Positions 1-12,821 of a DNA stretch of 64,000 nucleotides are shown one piece after another. The notes below the pieces were generated by a model. The model saw nothing but the letters and a program-made list of their open reading frames with translations, ran no database searches and was not told the DNA's origin. The translations under genes and the position numbers were made by a program. The stretch is from Balanoglossus misakiensis (lineage: Eukaryota; Animalia; Hemichordata): NCBI GenBank assembly GCA_040954595.2, contig CM082591.2, positions 7,740,047 to 7,804,046 of the forward strand. Direction: 5' to 3'. Within the stretch, counting starts at the first letter, position 1, and the number at the start of each line of letters is the position of its first letter.

Positions 1-820
1 TGATCATCACTAGTTCTGCACCTGGAAATACTTTCTCTCTGATGTCTGCAGCAGCGGGGAAAGTCTTGGGAGCATAACCAACAACATGCTGGATGTTTAC
101 AAGCTTTTGTAAGTCAGGATAATAGATTTTATGATACATCAACCACTTTAATTCTGGCTTGTCTTCATCTGGGTCGATTCTTCCCTGTCTTTGTCCTGGA
201 ATCAATTTAACCCGACACTTGGCAGCATCTGCCTTCTGGTCACCACTGACTTTGACACCAACAAAGGTGGAGTAGGCTTGAACAGGAGTTCCTTCTTCAT
301 CTTTCCTTGCACAGACATCTTGTACAAGAATTCTGTGAAACCCAGTCAAGCCACAATCTTCTTTGTTCCATTCATCATGCACAAACAATACTCCAGGAGG
401 TGGATCTGGCAGATGGAGTTGATGAAGTTTGGCTTCAGGGAAGAGACTTTCATGGATTGCTTTGGCTGCATTGTGTGTCTGTGGAGAATATCCGACTACA
501 TGTTGGATGTTTTGCAGGTCCTTCAGGTCTGGAAAGTAGTTACTATGGTTAAAAAGCCAGTTTACTACTGGGGGATCTTCAAGAGGGTCTGCCCACTTGT
601 TTCTTGTAGCTGGGATCAAAGTAGCACCAACACTCTTTGCATCTTTCTTTTGTTCTTCACTCAGTTCAACTTCAAGGGTAGTACAGTTGAATTCAGAAAC
701 GTTCTCAGACTGGAGTGTGTTTTCTTGGAGATGTTTGATTATAGCTTGAGTTGGTTGGGAGGTCTTTGCCTCTTTGTCCCATGATTTCAATACAACCAGT
801 GCTGCAGATGGTTCTGACAT
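1..820 (-). CDS. Paralog 1 of the GT4-like/TRADD-N/NHL family: start of first large coding exon, truncated by window edge
   Basis: Minus-strand frame from ATG 820 (MSEPSAALVVLKSWDKE...GYAPKTFPAAADIREKVFPGAELVMI) is open to base 1. It is highly similar to 39960 downward but has 2 N-lobe modules rather than 3. It is absent from the ORF track because there is no stop in the window. Confidence 0.88.
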   Translation of the reverse strand, partial: MSEPSAALVVLKSWDKEAKTSQPTQAIIKHLQENTLQSENVSEFNCTTLEVELSEEQKKDAKSVGATLIPATRNKWADPLEDPPVVNWLFNHSNYFPDLKDLQNIQHVVGYSPQTHNAAKAIHESLFPEAKLHQLHLPDPPPGVLFVHDEWNKEDCGLTGFHRILVQDVCARKDEEGTPVQAYSTFVGVKVSGDQKADAAKCRVKLIPGQRQGRIDPDEDKPELKWLMYHKIYYPDLQKLVNIQHVVGYAPKTFPAAADIREKVFPGAELVMI

Positions 821-2636
821 TGTATTCCTATCAGGAAGAAGTATGGGCAAGGAAATATGTGAGCTTGTAGCAACTGTTTCTCTGAAGAGTGACTGTTTAA
901 ATATCCATGCACATAGTCACATTGCAATACTGAGTAGGGAGCTAGAAGGTCAAGTGAGGTCACAGTGGATTAGAAATCAGGCTACAACATGTCTGATATT
1001 AACCAAATACTGCAATATATGACATCATGAGTGACCATACAAATACACAGTTTTACGAAATGTACTCATTACCATAATCATTATTTAGGATTTGTTTTTC
1101 AGTATTTGTTGTTATTACATCTATTAAATAAAAGAATAAAGTGCTTTTCAGTGAGAACATGAAAGTGTTAAATTATGAGAATTTGAAGTCTGTAGACCTC
1201 CATATGACCAATGGCCAGGATGTGTGGTACTTTGTAACTTGTATAGCCTTTGTTATAGAATGGCGACAAAACATGTTGTTAATACATGTACAGTTATTCT
1301 ACATGATTGACAGATTGATACTGTGGAAGGGCAATGGAGCCTGGAAGGTCAAAGGAGGTCACACCGCGACAATATGTATGGTTTAAATGTTAACTATACT
1401 ATAGGGTACATTAACACCATGTCCAAGTATAATGGACAGAATAGGTAAACCTTAATCTATATTCTGTTATCATTTAATACCTAAAGGTGTGTGATCACAA
1501 TCTATTCTTTGGTACCTTGTTATCTTATCAAATATTTGCAGTGTGCAGACCACAGTTACCAGCAGCATTATGGTATTTGTAAAGTTTAGGTTTGAAATGA
1601 TCCATCAAAAGTGTTCTTGGGAGAAATATGTTGAAATGACAATCATTACTTATTGATCAAAATTGACCTGCATGCAGTGCATTTAAAATAAGTTTCATTC
1701 TTTCATTTTCAATTCATGTCTGGAAGGGAGCATTCAAAAAATTGACATGATAGCTTTTCCCCACACAAATTTGGACATGGGTGGGTACACACCACGTCTA
1801 TTATTAATATTCATGAGTTTACTTTTCTTGTTTACGTACACTCTTATAACAATTGAAAATCTTGAGAATGGCTATTACATCAAGTTGACAACCCCCCACA
1901 CGTGTACGTCATGTACATAAACAAAAATAGTCTGGTGTGTGGAGCCGCCTCCCTTTTATTACAGGAAGTACTTTCGAAATATTTTTTTATGCAATCACTC
2001 CACACAGCGTTGACTCAGTGATCGGCGCGACAGTTCGCTGCGTGCTCGAGCGACGTACGGGGCATAGGACTCTAGTGGAGAGGGGTGTTATAAAATTCGG
2101 TAATTAGAAGCTGTAATAAAGTTTTCAAAGCTGGCGGTTTTGTCATGTTGAATGTATCATTTTTACTTATTCGGAATTCTCAATGCGAATAATTGTTAAC
2201 ATGATATTTTGAAAGAGAACATACTAGACAATTTTATTTAGAATGTGGATGTGCCCATCATTATTATGTCTACCCCTTTGAATAATACTACGGCCTGCAC
2301 GTTGATCACCTGATCGCATCACCCTGTCTCACTTGGCTATGGGCTATTGCCGTGATCCAAGGGCGCCCGGTTCAAATTTCTGGCCGTGAAATTGTTTTTC
2401 TCGGCGCATTTTTCGCAAATCATACTGTTTTATATAGGTAGGCATGTATGATAAAGGGGTTATTACACAAATTTTGGTCGATAACGCGACGCATTCTCGT
2501 AATCACTCGAATACGATGCATTATCGACCAAACTTCGTGTAATTACCCATAAATCACATATGTGTAAATTGTTCAGATCTATTAATTCAAATCAATAAGA
2601 CTGTCACAATATATCACCAACTTCAATACAACATAC

Positions 2637-3581
2637 CTCTTAATTTTGTAACAGAGTGGTTGATTCCTTCACAAGGTAGAACTTTAATCCATGGTTCACT
2701 GCCAAAGCTACAGTAGGTTCAATTGTCATAAACAGAAAAAAATCTCTGAGTCTGGTTCCAAGTACCACAGAGCTGCTCAGTACTTGTCACATACCTGTGT
2801 TGTAGATGTGATATCAGAGTTTGGAATCTCTTTGCCACCACCCATTTACAACATGTCACCTACCAGGGCTATATGTATTCAGTGTATTCAGTTAAAAAAC
2901 AAGATAATAAATCATTAGCTCCAGTAGAACATACCTCTCAAAACGGTTGTTGCGGAGTGGTTGATTCCTTCCCTAGTTAGAGCTTCAATCCAGGTACATC
3001 TGAAATAAGTGATATTAGTCGCATGTAAATTCATGTATATTGGTATTCACAATATTCTGGCCAAGTAAAAGTTTAGGCGCTTAATTGTTAAGTTATTTCC
3101 AATATAATTCTTTTTAAGGTGTGTTTCTTATACATGAAAATGAAAAAGGTGTGCTTGAGTTTGAGGACTGCAAGAAAAAAAGACAGAAAATCACCAAGTT
3201 CAATGCAACATTACCTCTTAGTGTTGTAACAGATAAGTTGATTCCTTCAGAAGTTAGAGTTTCAATCCATTTGATCCATACAAAGCTAGAGTAGCTCCCA
3301 CTGGCAAAAAGAGGAGAAATCCCAGAGTTTGGTTCCGATCGAGTACCGTACGAGCTGCTCAGTACTTGTCACATACCTGTGTTGTAGATGTGATATCAGA
3401 GTTTGGAATCTCTTTGCCACCACCCATTTACAACATGTCACCTACCAGGGCTATATGTATTCAGTGTATTCAGTTAAAAAACAAGATAATAAATCATCAG
3501 CTCCAGTAGAACATACCTCTCAAAACGGTTGTTGCGGAGTGGTTGATTCCTTCCCTAGTTAGAGCTTCAATCCAGGAACAT
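2637..3581 (-). other. Array of short duplicated candidate 5' exons upstream of paralog 1 (582-bp tandem duplication)
   Basis: Exon-like units 3581-3517 and 2999-2935 (tttcag|...GAGAG|gtatgt), units ending 3377 and 2795 (ACACAG|gtatgt), 3300-3215 (ttgccag|...AGAG|gtaatg) and a unit ending 2637 (AGAG|gtatgt). Confidence 0.55.
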
Positions 3582-3686
3582 CTGAAATAAGTGATATTAG
3601 TCGCATGTAAATACATGTATATTGGTATTCACAATATTCACAATATTGTGGGCATCTTTCAAGGCAAGAAAAGTTTGGACGCTTAA

Positions 3687-4280
3687 TTAGGGCCCAAGCA
3701 CCTGCAGTGCTTGGGCCCTATTGGTTTTGTTGGGGTTTTTCTTTCTTTCTTTCTTTCTTTATTCTTGGTTCCATTCTTTGTCGCTCTAGATCTCAGACAG
3801 CGCTGCAGGTACACTTCTCAAACTTGTACAGTGGTCAAGGTCAATGAGTAGCCGTGCATTGAACCTTGAATTTTTAATTAGTCACGTGACATAGCAGCCA
3901 TATTGGATTTTCTGAAAAAATGCAGATCTCAGAAGCTATAAGTCAGATCGACTTCAGATTTGGTGTGCAGGTAGTGTACCTTCTGCCCATCATTTTTGTA
4001 ATTGGATATTTTGCTGTCAATGTTGCAGTTTTTAGGTCCCATTGGTATAGGCATATACACCATGGGACCTTATGGGATCGGTTGCGTCTGTATATGTCCG
4101 TCCACATCAAAAACTTGAAAACCGCTGCACGTATGACCTCGATATTTGGTGTGCAGATGCAGGCAGGGCTGTAGATGGGAGTTTGTTCAAATGAAGTTGT
4201 CATTGCCAAAAATATGCAAATTAGCTGTAAAATGTGAATTTGGTCAAAACTCTAACTCAAGAACTACTGGTCAGATTGCA
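3687..4280. mobile_element. Non-autonomous element with terminal hairpin and TTTC microsatellite (possibly Helentron/HINE-like)
   Basis: Palindrome TAGGGCCCAAGCAC-ctgca-GTGCTTGGGCCCTA followed by (TTTC)n; internal part 4061-4195 recurs, degraded, at ~7152-7255. Confidence 0.5.
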
Positions 4281-4521
4281 GTCAAAGTGCAGAACTAGGG
4301 GATGGTATGATATATTGTCAGTAATAATACACATCTTTGGGCCTGAGGGCATGACATATTGGTTAGTCAAAGTGCAGAACTAGGGGAGGGCTTGACATTT
4401 TATTGCCAGTCATCAAACAGATCTAGGGAGAGCACGGCATATATATGTTGGTACAAAACTAGGGGAAGGGATAGGCATTATATTGTCAGTCATAAAATAG
4501 AACAAGGGGAGGGCATGACAT

Positions 4522-5078
4522 ATTTAAGCAATAACCCCTGCCGCAGGCGGGTTTACACGAGATTTGGGTACAATTCGAGACATATAGCACGAGCCGTCAG
4601 GCGAGTGCTATATGGAGCGGGGAGCGGGGTTATTGCTATTATATTATATCAACAATTGTTTTTGTGGCATATCAGTGTCATTTTCTTACCGAAACGGCGT
4701 CAGAAAGAGAAATTACGATTGTGAACCAACATGGCGACGATGAATGTAAACACGAGCGGCCGGGATCGAGCATTAAACATGAAGCAGACGACAAAAAGTG
4801 ACAAGACGGGCATCGCGCGTGGCAAAGCCATAAATATTTCTACAGAGCAGTTAAAAAAAAAAACGTCCATTAATTCAACAGTATTTTTGTTTTATTTTTT
4901 TGGTTTAAACATGGCGACTGTGGTTTAACGGCACATTTTTGCTGCCGTATGCTAGTTCAGGGGCCCATTTTACCACTGCCAGCAGTGCATTATTGAGTAT
5001 TTTAGCATCGCTGGATTGTGCTCTCGTCCAATCAGAATTGCGGACGGTAGCATGATATAATATAATGTTAGTTATAAA
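4522..5078. mobile_element. Interspersed element inserted in a degenerate minisatellite
   Basis: Starts TAAGCAATAACCCC...GGGGTTATTGCT (hairpin); internal IR ATTATATTATATC/GATATAATATAAT; interrupts repeats of aactaggggagggcatgacatattgtcagtcat present on both sides (4290-4520, 5085-5130). Confidence 0.45.
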
Positions 5079-5109
5079 ACAACAAAAGGGAGAAGGCATG
5101 ACATTACAT

Positions 5110-6930
5110 TGTCAGTCATAAAATATCTAGGGGATTTCCATAAATAGAATAAGGCTGCCAGCATTCACATAAGTGTTTTTTGGCCATTTTGGGGGCCATA
5201 TATGAACTAACAAACATGCTATATTAGTAATTTTGAGGATTAAATCCGCTTATGCATGGGGAATAATTTAAGAGATCAAAGATTGTACATAGATATTAAG
5301 TTTATTGGTCCCCCCCCCCCCATGATATAAAGTTTGAGCCGTCACCTTTAGAATCCATTTGACAACCACATGCATGGTGAAAAGATGAGTATAAAACATC
5401 TGGAAAAAAATATATGGAAAAAACGTCTTATAAACCTATTACTATATTGTCGAAATAGAACAATTTTCATCAGATATCCAATTATTCATTTTTTTCAAGT
5501 TTCGGATTTTTTCATATTCTCATATAATTTGGCCATTTTCAGTGTAACGTGTTCAATTCCAGATTCACTCCATTCCTACTCTGATTCAAAGTGATTATCT
5601 AACCGATATATTGTTCGCCAAGGTCTGAGTGAAGACAATATTCATGCATAGCGGTAGCTATATGTAGCCTGTATAATCATTTGACAATTTGTGAATTGTA
5701 TTATATTGTAAATAAAATGTGTAATTTGAATGCTAAGATTGACGTTATTGTTTGGCTAGACCATAGGCGCCCCCAGAACAAGTTTTAACTTGTTTTCAAA
5801 CATCCTGCCTTTTTAATGCATGCACGTATATCATTATATTGAAACAATCAACATTAGCTGGTACATGTACCACTATCAGATTTCGTGGACGTTCAAATAT
5901 TTGCAATTTCATGATTGTGCTACCTGAATCCGTCATGACCATTGTCACGTGCAACTGAAATTACGTCATAGGGAACTTCGTGTGCATTAACATTAAATTA
6001 CGCCATTTTCAATCTTCCCATGAATCATGTGAAGTTGTAATTTGATATTTCAACATGAGCAAATATTCATTAGTTAACACTGTGCATTCAAAATTCGCCA
6101 GCCACAACTTCTAGAAAAACCTTTAGGAATGTTATTGAATGACAATGACTGCATGGCGGTGGGTGGCAATTAATGACATTGAAGAAAATAGTCGTATATC
6201 ATTAGATTGAAACAATCAACATTAGCTGAGTCAGTCATAAAATATCTGGGGGATTTCCATAAATAGAATACTTAGGCTGCTAGCATTCACATAAGTGTCT
6301 TTGGCCATTTTTGGGGCCATATATGAACTAACAAACATGCTATATTAGTAATTTTGAGGATTAAATCCGCTTATGCATGGGGAATAATTTAAGAGATCAA
6401 AGATTGTACATAGATATTAGGTTTATTGGCCCCCCCCCCCCCCATGATATAAAGTTTGAGCCGTCACCCTTAGAATCAATTTGACAATTACACATGCATG
6501 GTGAAAAGATGAGTATAAAACATCTGGAAAAAAATATATGGAAAAAAACGTCTTATAAACCTATTACTATATTGTCGAAATACAACCATTTTCATCAGAT
6601 ATCCAATTATTCATTTTTTTCAAGTTTCGGATTATTTCATATTCTCATATAATTTGGCCATTTTTAGTGTACCGTGTTCTATTCCAGATTCACTCCATTC
6701 CTACTCTGATTCAAAATGATTATATAACCGATATATTGTTCGCCAAGGTCTGTGTGAAGACATTATTCATGCATAGCGCTAGCCTATATTTGACAACACA
6801 TGAATTATATTGTATAGAAAATGTGTAATTTGAATGCTAAGATTGACGTGTATTGTTTGGCTAGACCATAGGCGCCCCCAGAACAAGTTTTTACACGTTT
6901 TCAAACATCCTGCCTATTTAATGCATGGAA
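5110..6930. repeat. Local direct duplication (~720-bp block, offset ~1.12 kb)
   Basis: 5110-5830 closely matches 6231-6930, including the poly-C tract and gaccataggcgcccccagaacaag. Confidence 0.92.
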
Positions 6931-7383
6931 AATAGCAACCGCTCCCACTTAGTAAAATTCATTCGTTTATGACATTTCCAGCATACAGTTCAGCTTTACG
7001 AGGTGGATCATCACAGCTATGGCGCGCATGTTGGCACTAGGGTAAGGCAAAAAAAAAAATTATTGTGCTGTTCCGATTACATGGTTTTCAAAAATAGGGT
7101 AGGTAGGTAGGGACATTTTTAGGTCCTGTTTAGTTTACAGGTATAAATACCATGGTACCTTACAGGATCGGTTGTGTCTGTTGTATGGATGTATGTGTAA
7201 GTCCCTCCACATCAAAAACTTGCCGGGCTGTGGATGGGAGTTTGTTCAAATGATCAGACCCCACCGCATAACGTAAATGGCACATGGAGAGGGTTTGAAA
7301 GACAGTAAAAGAGATCTCTTCCTTGTATCTTCTGTTACAGTGGAACAATGAGTAGTTATAAAAAAGATGAATTGTCTGAAACA

Positions 7384-9961
7384 ATGGCGCTGTCAGAGTA
7401 TGATTTCACCGACGAGCTGGTGTTCTATGTGAATGGTAAAAAGGTAAGATCTATACCAAGTCATTTACAAGATTTATATCTTGAGATATTCCAGTGTTTC
7501 TATATAAACCTGGCATATATACCAGTATGTTATCATTTCATTGCAAAAAATATCATGGCATTTTCTCAGAAGTCACAACTATTTAACTTAATATACACCG
7601 ACCAATGACGTACGTAACAGCCAATTGTGGATATGCAAATTGTTCGTGGTTATGTTGCTGTCTAGCCAACCCTTTTGTATTCTGTCATGTCTGATTTTTG
7701 TGTATGCAATGCTAATTAGCATTCTTTCCGAACAACCGCGCACAGCAAAATAATGCACTGGAAGCTTAAGGGCCTACGGTTAAACACTGTCCCATTTTAA
7801 TGATTTGCATTTGTTTCATTCTAAAGATCGTCGACAGGAATATTGACCCTGAGTTGACCTTGGTGGCGTACTTGCGAGACATCTGTATCCACACAATTGA
7901 TTCTGTTCAGACACTATTAATCCGTGGCACAATTCGGCCAACCAATAAACTGATTTGCAACTTCAAAAAAGGAAATTGAAAAAATGCTACATGTCAATTT
8001 TCAAATTGTTTCTTCATCTTAATTATTAAATTTTAGGCCTATTTTCTAATTACAAATTCTTCGTCTGAGATTGACAAATGGAAAATTGGTATATACTGCT
8101 GTGAGAATGGCACTTTGCGGCCATTTAAATTCCTTTTTTTGAAGTTGCAAATCGGTTTATTGGTTGGCCGAAATGTGCCACGGATTACTATTACACCCAA
8201 ATGGTGAAAGCACATATCACGTGACAGTTACACAACACACTGTCCTATTTTTTTTTTTGTTCATAGCGAGTGACAGGAGGTCTTGTTCTTTGGTTTTGTT
8301 ATTGTGATGATTGTTTATTAGATTCGTATTAATATTGGTGTCATTCAGCTTAGAAGTCTGTCATCAAATTTGTGACCTTCCTTCTCACCTACAAGTAGCA
8401 TATGTCATTCACAAGGTTACAATTGTACAACAAATGCCGAACAAAAGGTCTGGTTATTGGTGAAAATAGACAACACATTATTGATGAGATTCGATCACAA
8501 GAATTCCGTATAGCAGAAATTTAAGTGAATCGTTCAATGTACCAATTGCATTTCTTACACTTTTTATACAAAAAATGTTCATTTTATTCACAAAGGAACT
8601 CTAAAAGAGGTCCTTCTTAGTGTTTAAACACAACATTTAAGTTTGTATAATTTTGGTAATTTACTAAAACACAAATTTAAAAGGTTCAATGCCATTTTGT
8701 GGACTAGATTCACAAGATCAAATCGTGATGTGTTTTACCATGTGTTTTCTCGGGGGAGGTAATCAAGCCCTAGCAGCTCATGGACTATTAGCCTGGCCTC
8801 CATACCCAGTGTGTTTTAGATAGACTCACACACAAGGGTCTGGCCACAGAGTCGACTATCTTCCATTTTTAAGATCTGCATGTCAATAAAACACAAAACG
8901 CGATGTCACGGCAACTAGGTCACCACATGGTCTTCACTCTGACGTCGTTCAAGTCAATCACCTTACGCGACACACTGCTGGTTGGCTGTTACCATGGAAC
9001 AGATGTTGCTAATCAAAATGCTAATTATTATAACTATTATTATAACTATTGGTAACGCCAGGGTCATAGCTTCGGCCAATCAGTAGTGTGACATGCAGAG
9101 CTTAAAAATGGAAGATACAATGTAGTTGACTCTGTTGCCAGAGCCTTGTGTCATTCTATCTAAAACACACTGGGTATGGAGGCCTGCAGGCTAATGGTCT
9201 AATATGATCTTCTGAAAAATGCTGGCTCCTGAGGTGGACAGTTCCTTCAAAGCGGGCTTGTTCGACACTTCAATGCTATCAAACTTTTTCCTTAATTAAA
9301 ACAAAACCAAAGTATGTTTAAAAGGAACAAAATTATCGTGCGGAGAAGGTGCGTGTGGAGCATGTACTGTGATGATTTCGACTTTTGATCCAAGGTCTAC
9401 GAAGATAAGGTAGGTATACACACAGTTCTGTGGTGTACGCAATGCAGTGGAACGGTGGAGGTGTGCAGAGTAACCTTTTCTCGTGACTTAGTTGAATTCC
9501 AAAGACTCGATTACGTATATGCAACCTGTTGTGATCGATTTTACTTGCGACACATTGAAATACAAAATGACGAAAGCTGACATTGTAGAGTTGTGATCAT
9601 GAAAGCTGTACCATGGTAGCTGATTTACATGTAAGGTACATAAGGCTTATACTTTTGCATTGGTGTTTCTGTATATTCAGTCACTGCTGCGTCACGGCCT
9701 GCTTGGTACCAATTTGTTCAGTACATGGCAAGGCCATTACTACAATCGAAGGTGTTGGCAGCGTTGCCGATAAGCTTCACCCTATACAGGTCAGTATCAT
9801 CACAAAGAGTGCCTACGTACCTTATACCTATATACATACATACATACATACATACATACTGGTACATACATACATATTACATACATATATACGGTACATA
9901 CATACATACATACATACCGGTACATACATACATACATACATATTACATACATACATACATA

Positions 9962-9992
<31 letters not shown>

Positions 9993-12670
9993 CATACCTA
10001 CATACATATACGCACACATCAAGAGTGATTTTACAAAGTAAAAAGTCGTCAAACAGTTCAACCCATGGACATCAGCTTGCCCTATAAAAGTCAATGTATT
10101 TGATAGTAGGAACAGATACTTTTCCTAGCTGTTTCCGTTGACGTTTTTGTCAAATTTTCGGTCTGGTTATATTTTAATGCTCATATATCACACAACTATA
10201 CATTGGATACATCATTTTGCTTAACATACCTATCCTGCATGTTCAATATAGGAACAATTCATCCAAAGCCATGGGCTACAGTGTGGCTTTTGTACCCCAG
10301 GCATGGTGATGAACATGTACACATTGCTACGCAACAATGCCTTACCAACGAAGGAAGAAATAGACTACGCTTTGAGTGGCATGATCTGTCGATGTACTGG
10401 ATACAGGCCGATATTACAGGGAATGTACACCTTTTCACAGGTAGAGACCACGCTTGAACCTTGTGACATGCTTCGAAACCATGCACTCAGATATGAACTT
10501 GAAATATTACGTACGTAGAAACAAAAATCAAGCTACACCAGTGCAAGAATAAACTGTATAACGGTTAGTTAAAGAAACATACAATTCTAACGAGTTACCA
10601 CTTCACATTGGAATTTCTGTAAAAACAAACACTTTTTTATTCTACGGTAGGACTCTTGTTGCAAGAAAAACGACGGAGTGGGGTGTTGTCGTTCTAATGG
10701 TGGAGTCTGTGAAGAGACTGTTGACACGGATGAAAATGATAAACCAATGAAAAGCGAGACTCAGGATATCATATTTCCTCCAGAGCTGCTCGTAAGTGAT
10801 GTCTACATGTACCATCGATAGCTAGTTATTTCTATCCACGAACACTGGGTGTGAATTGAATTTAAAGGAACACAGTCACCTCTAACTTACACGTGTGAAA
10901 GCCTATGGGTGACCATGTTGTGGTGCACGTTTTCGCGTGGCAACCCCTTGAAAATATTTCTTTGGATAAGACAGGCTAAGTGTATTTTCATATTTTTCAT
11001 GGGTTATAGCTCATTAAAACTTTCAACAGATGACAAATTTTCGACTTTGCTCCTGATTGTTTATCAACTGACGTAAAGTACAAACAATAGCTATGCAATT
11101 ACCGTACTCCTAGTCTGTCGCCCAGTGACACCAATCGGAAAATGGTATCAACCACACCAAGGTGGGCGGAAGTTGGACCTGGCGCTTTTTTGCCATGACT
11201 CAAATTACAGTAAACGCCATATTGGAATATCTGCCAACTTTCCCTCGATTTTGTAAAAAATCGCGCGACCTACACATGGCGAATATGTTTTATTCTGAAA
11301 GAGTGACCTCAAAGCTACCAATTTATGTATAAATCAGCTAGGCCGGATTTCTCCTTTAAATCTCAATTTGCCTTGGTAATATTAGCTTTGTTTGTCAAGG
11401 AATACAATCATCTCTAATTTACACAAGGTTATGTCCATATACCGGTAAAGTGCAGGTGTCAAAGTCTTTGGACTATCCCAGACACTCTGTGGGCATCCAG
11501 AAGAGAGCCCACAAGCGCCGTCTGGGTAACCGAGACTAGGTAACAGTAGCAAAATGTGCATGTATGTGACTCCAAAATGAATTGACTATGTCTTTGCCAG
11601 AAAGATGTGCCTACTGACAACGTACGCCAGAGCCCGAAACTGAAAGAGAGCCGAATCTACTGATAAGGATTGAATATCAATTCATATTCTGTTATTTCAC
11701 AGACTAACCAAGATTTGCATACTGGCACCTTTATGTGTAGAGGTCCCCGTGTCTTGTGGATTAAACCGACATCGCTGCGTCAAGCATTAGAAATTAAACA
11801 GCTGGAACCGAACGTGCAGCTGGTTGCAGGAAACAATGACATAGGTATGTATTATAATCAGCACACTGACAAAGCTTATCAACGAGGAATTACGCATTAA
11901 ATGTAGCCGGTTGAAACAAGAGACTAATTATTTTGGACACTGGGATGGACAAAACAATATATACTACCTCAACCTTATAAATACATATTTTAGCTTAAAA
12001 TTGTGTTTCCCATGAGGATCCATACACACAGCTGCAGACAGACGACCACCACCTTTTAAAAATTTACAAAAACGCAATGTGCATGTGCTTCACCGTGACG
12101 CATTAATTGCAGGGTTGAACGCGCTGCTGCAAAAGTCGAGCCATGCCATCATGATGTCGGTGTGTGACGTTCATGAACTCCGAAAGATTGACGTTGGGGA
12201 AGACGATGTCAGCGTTGGTAGTGCGGTTCCCATGTCTGAAGTTATCAACACTTTTGACACACTGATATCTAAACTTCCAGGTAAATGCCACCACACATTT
12301 TCAACCACATGGAAAAAAAGGATGCCTGAAAGTTTTTGAATATCCCTTTGGTTGTGCGCTCATTCACTCACTCACCTACCAACAGAACAACAGAACAATC
12401 AATCTTAGAAAGTGGTAATCCTAACACACCTTGCTCATCTTTGCCATTAAATGACTTTACTATCGACGTGCTGTACATGTGTCTCAGCTTTGACAACATT
12501 TGATGATGAAATACTTCTTTTTTACAGCATTGAAGACTCGTGTTCTAAAAGCGTTGAAACAGACGATACTATGTGTTGGTGGACCACAAACAAGAAACAC
12601 TGCTGTAATTTTATTATATTTCCATCTATTCATCCATCCATCTATCTATAGCCATCCTTCCATATGTATG

Positions 12671-12704
<34 letters not shown>

Positions 12705-12740
12705 CGGGTATGTACCGGTATACCGGTATGTACGTTATAA

Positions 12741-12821
<81 letters not shown>

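Larger units (their letters stand above)
7885..9312 (+). other. U12-type (minor spliceosome) GT-AG intron 2 of the AOX/XDH gene
   Basis: Donor GTATCCAC; branch site TTCCTTAAT at 9288-9296, about 17 nt before the AG; no polypyrimidine tract (ACAAAACCAAAG). Confidence 0.78.

Noticed and set aside
191-1022. + strand ORFs 191-784, 307-552, 774-1022 and their counterparts near 39271-40159
   Set aside because: Antisense to the real minus-strand exon; similarity between copies reflects the duplication only.
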